Assembly: GCA_964187785.1 (NCBI GenBank)
Contig: OZ076409.1
Coordinates: 69,752,001-69,816,000, forward strand
Source: Amphiscolops sp. MND2022
Lineage: Eukaryota
DNA: 64,000 nt
Direction: 5' to 3'
Shown: one piece after another, positions 1-11,588 of the stretch
Position numbering within the stretch: the first letter of the stretch is position 1
How the letters are laid out: each line of letters begins with the position of its first letter
The notes under the pieces: generated by a model
Databases searched by the model: none
Told to the model about the DNA's origin: nothing
Seen by the model: only the letters and a program-made list of their open reading frames with translations
Position numbers and translations under genes: made by a program

Positions 1-185
1 AATGTATGACTTGCATATGTTTTTGATTTTTTCATAACGGGGGCGCTTGGAACAAACAATCCAAGTCGTCTCTTGATTGTATTTAATTTTCTTCATGTTC
101 GAATCCTTCTCCCAATTCCGTAGAAGCAACCATTTGTTTGTTTCGAAGTCAGTGAAACAAGCTTGAAGTCCAAAATACCAGCCTT

Positions 186-970
186 CTAGTGTGAAGGGTC
201 GCTTTCATGAGTGTGATTGTCTTTCAAACTAATGACCACGTTCTGGTTTATCTTCAAAACGGCTGGGCATTCAATTGAATAGTACTTCGTGCATCTCCAA
301 TGAAGGCAACTCGAAGTGACTTGTTTTTAGTCGGCGCTTTTCTGGTGAAAAGAGCCCGACTATTACACTGGCTAGTTTTTTTAGTCAGACCACAGACCGT
401 ATCGTGTGTCTACCACTTTTTAGTACACACTTTACTCGGTTTACGGTGAACCCAGCGGTCTTTGGTTCGAGTCCTTGCTTCAGCCAGAAACTTTTTCAGG
501 CATTTGTGAAAGCGGACGACACTGAATGGTCCCCACTTTCAAATTTTTTAGCACCGTGCGACTTTTTTTTGCCTTCAAAAGGTCCCACCTTCAAGTTTTT
601 TTGATATTTTGCAGCAAACTAAAGTGCCAAATAACACAAAGGGTCTCCCTTTTTATGTTTTTGGCACTATGAGACTGTTCAAAATTCTCACTTCAAGTTT
701 TTTTTCAAAATTTACAAAAAACTCGACATGAAAACAAATTCGAAAAATTTTTTGTCTCCAAATTGTTCCTCCATCGGTTTATTCGATATTTTGCAACAAA
801 CTGGGTTTTCAAAACACCCGAAGGGTCCCCCTTTTACAGGTTAAAACATTGCGCTTTTTGAGGCTTGGATATAGCACCGATTTTAGACGTTCCCATCTTG
901 TTGATTGTAACAGTAACCTTTATGTACTGCAATATTGCCCCCTCTATTTGATTTTGATTTGAACTAACAT
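186..970 (-). pseudogene. FLYWCH zinc-finger coding remnant (MULE/Mutator-like N-terminus), interrupted by a repeat insertion at ~326-902
   Basis: Minus-strand translation across the insertion gives KSNRGGNIAVHKGYCYNQ...VTSSCLHWRCTKYYSIECPAVLKINQNVVISLKDNHTHE, matching the FLYWCH pattern (RG..L...GY.Y..WRC...C.A....H.H). Frameshift near the ATG at 970, stop at 186. Confidence 0.75.
326..902 (+). mobile_element. DINE-1/HINE-like non-autonomous Helentron, family 1
   Basis: 5' hairpin TAGTCGGCGC...CCGACTA, degenerate 3' subterminal inverted copy (GCACCGATT), ends CTTGTT, sits in a T-run with no clear TSD; homologous to other copies in the window. Confidence 0.65.
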
Positions 971-1066
971 TTTGAGTTTTGAGATTCAAAATTATTGGAC
1001 TTGCTGTGTGGACTAGTTACAATTCAGTTGACTTTGCTATTTATACTACTAAAACGTTGCAAGCAG

Positions 1067-1165
1067 TTATCACATTTCATAGTGTGAAAGATTATTGTTA
1101 GTCGCTGGACTCTTTTATCACATTTCATAGTGTGAAAGATTATTGTTAGTCGCTGGACTCTTTTT
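1067..1165. repeat. Tandem duplication, 49-bp unit x2
   Basis: TTATCACATTTCATAGTGTGAAAGATTATTGTTAGTCGCTGGACTCTTT occurs twice in tandem. Confidence 0.9.
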
Positions 1166-1235
1166 ATAGCTTCACTAATTACCATAAAGGCTTTCATAAT
1201 TAGCACTGTTTGAGAGTAATCATGCGGAAGTGTGA

Positions 1236-1365
1236 TAGGTTGAAATTACCGTATGTTGAAATTGCAAAAGGTTGAAATTGTGAACGGTTGAAATTGCAAG
1301 CGGTTGAAATTGTGAACGGTTGAACTGGCAGCGGTTGAAAATGCATAGGTTGAAATTGCATAGGA
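1236..1365. repeat. ~15-bp minisatellite (GGTTGAAATTGCA/GTGAAC), probably subterminal repeats of a DNA transposon
   Basis: About 8 degenerate GGTTGAAATTG units. Confidence 0.8.
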
Positions 1366-1822
1366 CGAAATGTCCTGACATCACAATTGAAACTACCGAA
1401 GCTAATAAATAATAATTTTTATTTTTTAACCAGAATGAAAATGTTCTTTTAGAACGTGGAATCATTGTTTCTGGGTGCGTGCAATGAAGCACATCCTCGA
1501 TCGTTTCACTCTTTTCAAGTCCCAAATTTGTTATATTTGCCAACCTTTTGATAGAGATGCATTTGTTTCACTGAAAAGGTTGACAAAATTTGCTTTTTTT
1601 GCCGAAAAAGGAATTGATATCTATATTTTTCTTGTTCAAGTTCAAAGGAGGTTTCACCAACGTTTGTTGAATGTATACACATTCCTCTTCGCCATTCAAT
1701 TTTTTAAAGCAACGGCTTTTAGTATTTTAATCAACGGTTAGGGAGACTATAGACCTACAATTACAACTCTTGTCAGCCAAATGTGTTTTTTTGTCCACTG
1801 GAGATAGAGGACGCCAAACAAT

Positions 1823-1890
1823 CTAGAGTTGAGAGATTCGAACCTGATACCGCCCTAGTGCAGACTGAAGGCTCCAAACACTACACCCTT
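1823..1890 (-). mobile_element. tRNA-derived SINE head remnant
   Basis: Minus strand GGTGTAGTG (A box) ... ATCAGGTTCGAATCTCTCAACT (B box); nearly the same B-box flank occurs at ~52637-52660. Confidence 0.5.
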
Positions 1891-2283
1891 CCTGATGATC
1901 ACAAAATGAAACAATCTAAATGTGTCCACACAATGGACCCGTACTGACACTCCATAGCAATCCGCCATTGACCATCCATGGCCCACCAAAGGCGATGGTG
2001 GAAACTAACATGATTATGTCAATACTTTTTCACCGGTGGTCATCCATGGTCCAGGGGTGGCCTACTGTGGAAAAATTCCAATCCAAAAACTTGTTTGAGT
2101 TTCGAAGCTACAACTTTCCAAAACCACAACACTTGAAATGTTAAACCCACATAACTTAAAACACATCCACATAATGTTAATCCCACACCTTGATGACTCC
2201 GGTAACAATTCGCGACGCTTACAAGAAAATTTTGAAACTGCTATGTATGCAGCTTGCCGAGCAAGTATAGCTCAGTCAAAATT

Positions 2284-2461
2284 AGGGAGAGCAGGAATAA
2301 CGTCCAAGGAATAACGTCTAAAGCCATGTCATGGTTAGTCATGCTCAGCTCAGTCATGCTCATTCCCAATTTTAATACATTGAATTTAGACGTTATTCCT
2401 TTAGACGTTATTCCCGGAACACTTTTTAGACGTTATTCCTTTAGACGTTATTCGCGCCCCT
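2284..2461. mobile_element. Small MITE with inverted arrays of a 15-bp repeat
   Basis: AGGAATAACGTC(C/T)AA x2 at left and the inverse TTAGACGTTATTC x4 at right; GGGAGAGC...GCGCCCC ends flanked by TA. Confidence 0.65.
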
Positions 2462-3169
2462 ACAAAATTAGCAAGCAACAAGCGCAAAGGGTCGAATGGT
2501 AACATGTTGGACTGCTGCAAAAAGTTGTTCAAAACTAAAAATCTTTCCGTTACTAGCACACCGGTGGTCCATTCATAGTCACTGCAGAATGAGTCATAGC
2601 CACCGTATTGGCTGTGGGCCGCGGATGACTGTTCTGATCTAAAAACATATTAGATTTGCGGTTGGATTTTGAAAAAAAAAGAAAAAAATCTGTTGAACTA
2701 CTCTTCTAGTTTTGGTTGAAGTTGAAATGCATGATTCAAATATAATTTTCAAGTCATACACGTACTTTCCGTTAAAATTTTCTATTTTTCTTTCCAAATG
2801 TTTTTTGAAAAACCCAACAAAATGCGTCAAATTGTCATCTTAAGCCAAATAGTGTACCAGAAAGGCCTGTTGTCTTTTCAATTAAGATTAGTTAATTCGA
2901 GGGTCTCAATTTGGAGCACCAAAGTAACCCGATTTGATGCTTCGTTTACGAAAACCTTTGTCCGTTCATTGAGTAAGCATGGCTTCCATGGAACAACTGA
3001 AACAAATTGGTTTGGATGAGAGACAGATTGCAACACAACCATCATGAAACGGAGTGAAATTGGAACCCCAGCCGAAGCATGGACAAGATTCACGTTCCAC
3101 CACGAAGATTAGCAACAATGTTGGCCTAGATTTTACCTAATAGTAAAATACAGTAATCTATGATAAGCA

Positions 3170-3345
3170 CAAGCAGCTACGAACCCGAACCGAGGAGTAC
3201 CAAGCAGGTTTTTCAAAAATCAACTAAAAAGAGGAGGTGCTAACGTCATCGTGACATACTAATCTTGGGCTAACAGCTACCGTTCGCTACAGAAGAAGTT
3301 CCTCAATTCCCATTGTCTCCAATATTCGATTTTATAACACTGAAG
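3170..3345 (+). mobile_element. Degenerate 3' end (integrase tail, PPT, partial LTR) of a Gypsy D-family element
   Basis: RTRTEEYQAGF resembles RTQTQKYQAGF at 62158-62190; PPT AAAAAGAGGAGG; the following ACGTCATCG...CTACCGTTCG..GAAGAAG..TATAACAC matches the D LTR at 57960. Confidence 0.65.
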
Positions 3346-3649
3346 AAAGGAAACTCGCCGTGAATGAGTTCAAGCTTTGTAATCTTCTGGAAGCGTGAAA
3401 AATCCACAGACATGCTCGCGGTTTTGACATAGCATGTTTAGAAGCTAGAAACAAGGTTTTTAGGATGTAAGAAGAACTTCTTCCATTAGAAGAAGTCACA
3501 CGTGTTTTTATTCCAGCGGGAGGTAACCCTTGAGTTCTGATGTATGTTTGGTAAATCACGTTTCTGTTAACTTCGTTGAAAGCCGTTGAACTGAAAATAT
3601 CAGCTTGTCGTCTCAGTTAGCCTTGTTAACTGCGAACGCTATTGGCCTA

Positions 3650-4861
3650 GCCCGTTTTGGGTGTCAAGCACTCATGTACTTAGAAAAACCAAGGCGGAAC
3701 AAGTTTGAAAGTAGAGTCGTGGAAAGTTTTTTACTCGGCAATAGCAACAAATATATGTCAATGTTGGTCGAAATTCAATTGGCACAGAATTCATCGCGAT
3801 TAATAGCCGCAATAATAAATCCACGAGAATAGTTACCCAGATAAAACACACTTCGCAAACACTGCAAGTGACAGTGAATTTTTTTCGAATTAAACGAACG
3901 AGGGAGTGAAATAAAGTTCCAAGACACAGAATCAGTCGTCAATTCACAAAACTTGACTAGCGATGTCAGTGAGTTGCAAAACAGTGACGTTTGCGGTAAT
4001 CTAGAAGTTTTGGATACTGAGCGATCAGACAGGACTAACACAAAATCTGCAGCGTAATTAGACTATGCGTTCTTCGACAAATATGGACAAAAAGTGAAGC
4101 CGCCTGATAGATATATCCCTGGTACAAGCAGCAGCTTGTCTTCCGACTTAGGTTCGTCTGATTTCGATAAAACTGAAACGCTCAAAACGCATACCGGTTA
4201 TGTTGATAAAGAGTTCTTAAAAAGCATTGAAGAAGCGCTTCCCACTCCATATTGACATCGTGCAATGAAATAGGAAAACGAATCGTTACAGGAAACTGAA
4301 CTGTGGGAACTCAATGAAATGACAGAGAAACACACCCTGTTACAGGTAAATGGTTTCTTACACGTAAACTAAACAGTAATGGAGAAATCATCGAGAAGAA
4401 AGCAATGTACGTAGTCAAAGGATTCAAACAAATGCAAGGTGTTGACCACAATCAAACACATAGTTGTGAAAAAGGTTACATTTAGAGTTTTGCTGAGTTC
4501 AGCAGATCGAAGAAAAATGAAGTTAAAACAGTTAGACATGAAAACGATTTAGTTGAACGCAGGTAAAGAAGAAAAGTTTTGCAGACCAGCCAGAAAGGTT
4601 TTCCAAGGAAACGCTAATAGCAAAAACTACATTTTTTAGATATAAAAAAATCACTTTATGCATTGAATGAATCCGGACTACTGGTTCAATACACTTAGAA
4701 TTCTTCTGCGCAGCATTCAGTTCAAAACGAACAAGATTGATCCTTGTTTGTTCTTGAGAGAACGAAACGGTCATATAGACTTCGTAGCAAACGAAATATG
4801 AATAGATACGGAAAAGGATACTACGATACATGTCGACAATGAGACTTGTACCGCAATAACC
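3650..4861 (+). pseudogene. Ty1/Copia pol remnant (post-integrase SH3-like domain, RT, start of RNase H)
   Basis: RFGCQALMYLEKPRRNKFESRVVESFLLG (SH3-like); PVTGKWFLTRKLNSNGEIIEKKAMYVVKGFKQMQGVD, TFRVLLSSADRRKMKLKQLDMKT, WFNTLRILL..DPCLF (RVT_2 motifs); TIHVDNETC (RNase H). Many stops and frameshifts. Confidence 0.85.
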
Positions 4862-5066
4862 AACAAGCCAAGAACGGCCAAAGTCGGCGCTATATCTAAG
4901 GCTCAATATTGTGAAAGGGGACTCTTCGGGCTGTTTTAAACTCCAACTGGTTGCAAAATATGAAAAAATTGAAGGGGGACACTTTGGCGACATTAAATAA
5001 TTTCCAAAATTTTTTTTTTGAATTCAACTTTTTGAACAGTGTCACATTGCCGAAAAATGTAAAATG
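4862..5066 (-). mobile_element. HINE family 1, 3' part (rest at 7587-7979), inserted in the Copia RNase H
   Basis: Begins AACAAGCCAAGAACGGCCAAAGTCGGCGC, the reverse complement of the family 3' end; matches the intact copy at 22705-23268. Confidence 0.75.
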
Positions 5067-7590
5067 CATCATTTATAGCTCTTTGGATTTGGGAACTAAC
5101 GCTACTCATCATCTCATCCATTTCTCTAGATATTCTGGAGTTTAACTCGCTCGACAACTTGTTAATCTCGGCTTGAGAGTTCATGTCTGTTGAATTTTGG
5201 CCATAATCGGCACTTGACCTGACATTAGAATTTCTATGATCCGAATAAGGGTTTTCCTCCCTTTCATCTAAATTGTTACTCACAATACTCTCATGCCTCC
5301 TAATTGAAGTGCTATCGAGACTTCCGTCTCTTTCAGCTTCATTGAAATGATTTTCTCCCAACATGATATCGAAGTTTTCGATATCTGAGAGGATTTCTAA
5401 ACCTCTTGATGTCCTCGCTTTCTTCTGTTTTCTGGTGGTAGGCATTGAAACAGTTCCGAATCAACAATGAATCAATCAATACGGAAAATAACAGCGGTGC
5501 CGTTTGTAGATCAATCTTTACTAGGAGAAAATAATATGAATTGTGTCCCACTCATGCTAAACACCGGTATTTATACCCCTGAGTGGATGACAACCACATT
5601 TTTCACATATTTCTAGTTAAGATTAATATTGTAATGTATATGATCTTTACATATCTTGGGAATTTATAAGATAATATTTCGGAAGGTATTTAAGTCATCA
5701 AACACCTCTAGTTACATACCTCACATATTAGTGAGTAGCAACAAAGTACATATTTCAACAAAGTCCCAATTGGGAAAACTCCCGACATATACGTGTTTCC
5801 CAGAAACGCAAAATCAAACGATTAACATTTTGGTAGGTGTACATAGTAGTACTTCAAACAACATTTTCATGAAAATATTATCATTCTATCGTCAACAAAT
5901 GATATTGCCCGTTGATGGAATGCAAAACTCGCATCACTGGTATGTTATGCTAGCACGTGCCACCACGCGACTATTAATCAACATTGAGGGAAGCAAATCA
6001 AACAATGCATGCACAGTCTATTTGAGATATCATCACACTATTGGAACAGAGTATTTTCTAAAAGTGGCCGAAACCGGCTACTATCCGTTTGGTCTTTACT
6101 AACATGAAATAATAGTTCGGTGAATGGCCCTATTCGGCCGAATAATAAAATAGGGCATTAAACTGCAAAAATGAGTATCCAATTAACATGATAGACACAA
6201 TTATCCGATTACCAATTAAGTACATGTATGCTAGACAGTTTATTACTCACAAGTGCAAGACGGCCGGAACCGGCCATTTAACCAAAGTACCAAACAATAA
6301 AGGCAGAATTACGTCATGTGGCCTAATCCGGCCAAATAGTGAGTACAATAAAAGCACCACCAAATGAGCGAACGTGATTGGTTAGCGTAACGAGCTCAAG
6401 TGACTTTTCCGAATTTGGAGTTACCTTCACTTGAACTCGTTTCCTTTACGCTGCAAAGCTGTTTAATTGTTTCAATTGCTTACAATGTTATACTGCACCT
6501 CTATTCTGATACATACCAGTCCAATCTTTCGATCCAGTCCATAAGCTTTGTAATTTTAAAAGACTAATGCGTATACATATACAAATGGGAAAATTTAACA
6601 ACATCAATAAATGCAACATATTTAAAGCAACAAAGTAGTGTAAAATTTTGTTTAATTGTTCTTTTGGCTAATAAATGGGGAGTGTGCCGGACGCTGTCTC
6701 CTGTCCTTGTGCAGTCGTCGTGATCTTAGTGCCGTCACAGGCGGCAGCCTGCGACACTGCGGGTGCTAAGAAAAATGCACTACCGCGTTAAGGCCGTTTG
6801 AATAGGCTTCTCTTCGTAGGGCGGTGACATAAGCGGATTCACTCCTGGGCGTAGATCTTTCCATGTACCAGTTGATTTTCTCTTGTTTTATCTCATCAAT
6901 TGATTTGCCACAAACCATACAACTGTGGCATCTCTAACGGCTAAGGTCCGCATACGGCAACACATTTTGTATATGATAATAGACGTGGTAGTTGTCACTT
7001 ACTGCTTGCGGCATAGGAGTGTCCAGTGATGGTCCCCTTTCATGATCGAGGGGAGAAATAGGCGTTTCTAGGACTGGTAAGATGGTGTTGCATAGTTCGA
7101 TTCTTGTCTTCTGCTTTTTAGAGGGAGCTAGACACTTTTCCATATCAAAGTATTTGAAGCCCAGCTTGGGGGTAGAAGGCGGAACCGGCTGCGCGTTGCT
7201 ACGTCCCGCTTCCAATTCGTCATCTAGCCCTTCAGTTGTCATTATTCGTCCCGCGATGAGAATTGGGCGTGACTTAACCTCCCGTTCGATTTTGCTGATC
7301 GGCGCTTCCGTGTCTGTGGACCAGTCCGAATCCCAATCGCTGGATACTTCGTCCTCACTGTCACTGGAAATGTAAATCACGGAATCCGCTGATTCCTCAG
7401 AACTTTGTTCTTCGAAGTCGAAAAGTTTTTTCGACAAGTTAAATCTTTGCATTATTCTTTTCTTTGCAGTTTTGATTGATGCAAGAGGCAACTGGTTTAG
7501 TTAGAACTTCGAAGTAGAATGAAATCACTAAATTCTAGAATTTAGCCGAGTCGGGTCTTTTCCGGGCAGTTCGTTTTGGCGGTTGAAACT
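5067..7590 (-). repeat. Templated copy of Gypsy A segment 8152-10662 (partial LTR, gag N-terminus and accessory ORF)
   Basis: Near-identical to 8152-10662; contains ORFs 4993-5445 (MPTTRK...) and 6934-7491 (MPLASIK..., premature stop). Confidence 0.9.
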
Positions 7591-7979
7591 TTTTGAACAG
7601 TGTCACATTGCCGAAAAATGTAAAATGGGACCCTTTGAGCACTTCTGACATCCATTGTGTTGCAAAATATCGAAACAAAAGACAGGGAGACCTTTTGGTG
7701 CAATCCAAAATGTTTCAAAAAAATTCGCATAGTGCCGAAAAAAAGTGGGGGGGGGGTTTAGCTAAAGGAGGGGATCCTTAGTGTGTTTTCGATGTTCTGC
7801 ACGTGTGTTTGTTTTGTTTTTCCTTTTCGTTTTGGATGCGCTTCTGAGGTTCGAGTGATTTGAACCTCCGCTGTAGTTCAAGTTGTTGAACAAATGAACA
7901 AAAAAGTGAGCCTTACCCGAGTAAAAAAATACCACTGTGAGAGTCCGGCAAACTTTCTACGAAAATGCGCCGACTAAAA
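7587..7979 (-). mobile_element. HINE family 1, 5' part
   Basis: Matches 22866-23268; ends in the hairpin arm AAAATGCGCCGACTAAAA. Confidence 0.75.
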
Positions 7980-7986
7980 GCACAGT

Positions 7987-9827
7987 TGTAATGAACATGT
8001 CGGTTAGTGAACTCGCCATTGAGGTGGCCATCACTCTGTTCATTTCTAAGATTAGTTTTTGCGAACAGAAGCTTCCCATCCCCATCTAGTCTCATGTCCC
8101 GATCCGGCTATGATGGCACTCTGGATTTGGGGTAGAACTTGATTGTTTATGGCATCATTTATAGCTCTTTGGATTTGGGAACTAACGCTACTCATCATCT
8201 CATCCATTTCTTTAGATATTCTGGAATTTAACTCGCTCGACAACTTGTTAATCTCGGCTTGAGAGTTCATGTCTGTTGAATTTTGGCCATAATCGGCACT
8301 TGACCTGACATTAGAATTTCTATGATCCGAATAAGGGTTTTCCTCCCTTTCATCTAAACCGTTACTTACAATACTCTCATGCCTCCTAATTGAAGTGCTA
8401 TCGAGACTTCCGTCTCTTTCAGCTTCATTGAAATGATTTTCTCCCAACATGATATCGAAATTTTTGATATCTGAGAGTATTTCTAAACCTCTTGATGTCC
8501 TCGCTTTCTTCTGTTTTCTGGTGGTAGGCATTGAAACAGTTCGGAATCAACAATGAATCAATCAATACGGAAAATAACAGCGATGCCGTTTGTAGATCAA
8601 TCTTCACTAGGAGAAAATAATATGAATTGTGTCCCACTCACGCTAAACACCGGTATTTATACCCCTGAGTGGATGACAACCACATTTTTCACATATTTCT
8701 AGTTAAGATTAATATTGTAATGCACATGATCTTTACATACCTTGGGAATTTATAAGATAATATTTCGAAAGGTATTTAAGTCATCAAACACCTCTAGTTA
8801 CATACCTCACATATTAGTGAGTAGCAACAAAGTACATATTTCAACAAAGTCCCAATTGGGAAAACTCCTGACATATAGGTGTTTCCAAGAAACGCAAAAT
8901 CAAACGATTAACATTTCGGTAGGTGTACATAGTAGTACTTCAAACAACATTTTCATGAAAATATTATCATTCTATCGTCAACAAATATTATTGCCCGTTG
9001 ATGGAATGCAAAACTCGCATCACTGGTATGTTATGCTAGCACGTGCCACCACGCGACTATTAATCAACATTGAGGGAAGCAAATCAAACAATGCATGCAC
9101 TGACTATTTAAGATATCATCACACTATTGGAACAGAGTATTTTCTAAAAGTGGCCGAAACCGGCTACTATCCGTTTGGTCTTTACTAACATGAAATAATA
9201 GTTCGGTGAATGGCCCTATTCGGCCGAATAATAAAATAGGGCATGAAACTGCAAAAATGAGTATCCAATTAACATGAAAGACACAATTATCCGATTACCA
9301 ATTAAGTACATGTATGCTAGACAGTTTATCACTCACAAGTGCAAGACGGCCGGAACCGGCCATTTAACCAAAGTACCAAACAATAAAGGCAGAATTACGT
9401 CATGTGGCCTAATCCGGCCAAATAGTGAGTACAATAATAGCACCACCAAATGAGCGAACGTGATTGGTTAGCGTAACGAGCTCAAGGGACTTTTCCGAAT
9501 TTGGAGTTACGTTCATTTTAACTCGTTTCCTTTACGCTGCAAAGCTGTTTAATTGTTTCAATTGCTTACATTGTTATACTGCACCTCTATTCTGATACAT
9601 ACCAGTCCAATCTTTCGATTGTAATTTTAAAAGACTAATGCGTATACATATACAAATGGGAAAATTTAACAACATCAATAAATGCAACATATTTAAAGCA
9701 ACAAAGTAGTGTAAAATTTTGTTTAATTGTTCTTTTGGCTAATAAATGGGGAGTGTGCCGGACGCTGTCTCCTGTCCTTGTGCAGTCGTGGTGATCTTAG
9801 TGCCGTCACAGGCAGCAGCCTGCGACA
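7987..9827 (-). repeat. Gypsy A 3' LTR (~1.84 kb)
   Basis: Direct repeat of 23276-25224; on the minus strand starts TGTCGCAGG and ends GTTCATTACA. Confidence 0.8.
8052..8531 (-). CDS. Gag N-terminal (coiled-coil-like) segment encoded inside the 3' LTR
   Basis: MPTTRKQKKAR...EINKLSSELNSRISKEMDEMM; three copies in the window; lies downstream of the LTR TATA box. Confidence 0.65.
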   Translation of the reverse strand: MPTTRKQKKARTSRGLEILSDIKNFDIMLGENHFNEAERDGSLDSTSIRRHESIVSNGLDEREENPYSDHRNSNVRSSADYGQNSTDMNSQAEINKLSSELNSRISKEMDEMMSSVSSQIQRAINDAINNQVLPQIQSAIIAGSGHETRWGWEASVRKN

Positions 9828-10563
9828 CTGCGGGTGCTAAGAAAAGTGCACTACCCGCGTTAAGGCCGTTTAAATAGGCTTCTCTTCGTAGGGCGGTGAC
9901 ATAAGCGGATTTACTCCTGGGCGTAGATCTTTCCATGTACCAGTTGATTTTCTCTTGTTTTATCTCATCAATTGATTTGCCACAAACCTTACAACTGTGG
10001 CATCTCTGACGGCTAAGGTCCGCATACGGCAACACCTTTTGTATATGATAAGAGACGTGGTAGTTGTCACTTACTACTTGCGGCATAGGAGTGTCCAGTG
10101 ATGGTCCCCTTTCATGATCGGGGGGAGAAATAGGCGTTTCTAGGACTGGTAAGATGGTGTTGCATAGTTCGATTCTTGTCTTCTGCTTTTTAGAGGGAGC
10201 TAGACACTTTTCCTTATCAAAGTATTTGAAGCCCAGCTTGGGGGTAGAAGGCGGAACCGGCTGCGCGTTGCTAGGTCCCGCTTCCAATTCGTCATCTAGC
10301 CCTTCAGTTGTCATTATTCGTCCCGCGATGGGAATTGGGCGTGACTTAACCTCCCGTTTGATTTTGCTGATCAGCGCTTCCGTGTCTGTGGACCAGTCCG
10401 AATCCCAATCGCTGGATACTTTGTCCTCACTGTCACTGGAAATGTAAATCACGGAATCCGCTGATTCCTCAGAACTTTGTTCTTCGAAGTCGAAAAGTTT
10501 TTTCGACAAGTTAAATCTTTGCATTATTATTTTCTTTGCAGTTTTGATTGATGCAAGAGGCAA
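9739..10563 (-). CDS. 274-aa accessory ORF of Gypsy A (acidic N-terminus, CxxCxxC motif), 3' end overlapping the LTR
   Basis: Intact ATG-to-stop ORF with SDSEDKVSSDWDSDWSTD and CHSCKVCGK; the last ~29 codons lie inside the LTR; second copy at 6934-7491. Confidence 0.65.
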   Translation of the reverse strand: MPLASIKTAKKIIMQRFNLSKKLFDFEEQSSEESADSVIYISSDSEDKVSSDWDSDWSTDTEALISKIKREVKSRPIPIAGRIMTTEGLDDELEAGPSNAQPVPPSTPKLGFKYFDKEKCLAPSKKQKTRIELCNTILPVLETPISPPDHERGPSLDTPMPQVVSDNYHVSYHIQKVLPYADLSRQRCHSCKVCGKSIDEIKQEKINWYMERSTPRSKSAYVTALRREAYLNGLNAGSALFLAPAVSQAAACDGTKITTTAQGQETASGTLPIY

Positions 10564-11588
10564 CTGGTTTAGTTAGAACTTCGAAGTAGAATGAAATCAC
10601 TAAATTCTAGGATTTAGCCGAGTCGGGTCTTTTCCCGGCAGTTCGTTTTAACGGTTGAAACTTCGGTAAAACATCCTAATCCGACATAAACATTCCTAAA
10701 TGGAGTTTCATAATTGGTCGGCAGTCTTTGATAGCTCGAAGTTTACCCCTCATCAATATCATCACTAGAAGAGGTGTGAATGACGCTCGAATTATTGATA
10801 TCAACTACACCAGTCTCAAGTGGGTAATTAACGGGTTGCTTGGAGGCGAATAATGGCACGCGTCACCAAAATTTCTCAGAATGGCTTGGGCCAATCAGGA
10901 ACACCCACCACTAAAATGAAAAATAAATTATTAAAATGGCAAAAGTAATGACTGAAAATAATCTAAAATGGCGGAAATTCTAACTAAGGGTAACTAGGAT
11001 AACAGAACAAAGCGGTAAAATAGGGTGAGGCAAAGGCCGTAACCGGCCACTAGCTGGTTGAGCTACAAGTAATGTAAGAATCTTTGTACATTTCGCTGGC
11101 AGACTCCATGTACAATTTTAAATATGTAAATAACTATATAATATTAGTCTGGTAATTCCTTCAGCCACGAACTCCAACTTTCACTCTTTTGATTGTTACA
11201 AATTTCAATTGTCTTTTTTGTCTATACTAGTTATATTTGTAACCTTCCACTTCTTTGTCGCGGATTACACCTTGCATCTTTGTTCAATTCCAATCTCCCC
11301 TTTTGGTTCTTCCCGTGGAGTTATCCAGCTCATTTCCCTTTTCCTGCTGAGGTCGGTCCGTTCTTTCGACTATGTCATCCGATCAAGGACTGCTTCCTGG
11401 AGGACGGGATCTTCACAGTGGAATGACTTCGAACGAAGGTTGGTTTGGATTTCATATTTTGAACTAATTTAACTTGATCAAGGCTAAACTTTGTTCACTA
11501 GATGCTTCCTGTTTCCATCAAAGAACACGTGATAACACGTTTTCTCAAAGTTTTCAAAACACTTCCGGAAGTTTTCTAACGCGGTAAA

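Noticed and set aside
8742..9188. 148-aa plus-strand ORF repeated at 5656 and 24245
   Set aside because: TTG start, lies inside the LTR, broken in the third copy, no recognisable motif; recurrence is explained by duplication.
9739..10563. env gene
   Set aside because: No signal peptide, transmembrane segment or obvious fusion-protein features.
11073..11200. Independent solo LTR (TGTAA...TTACA)
   Set aside because: No TSD and no second copy in the window.
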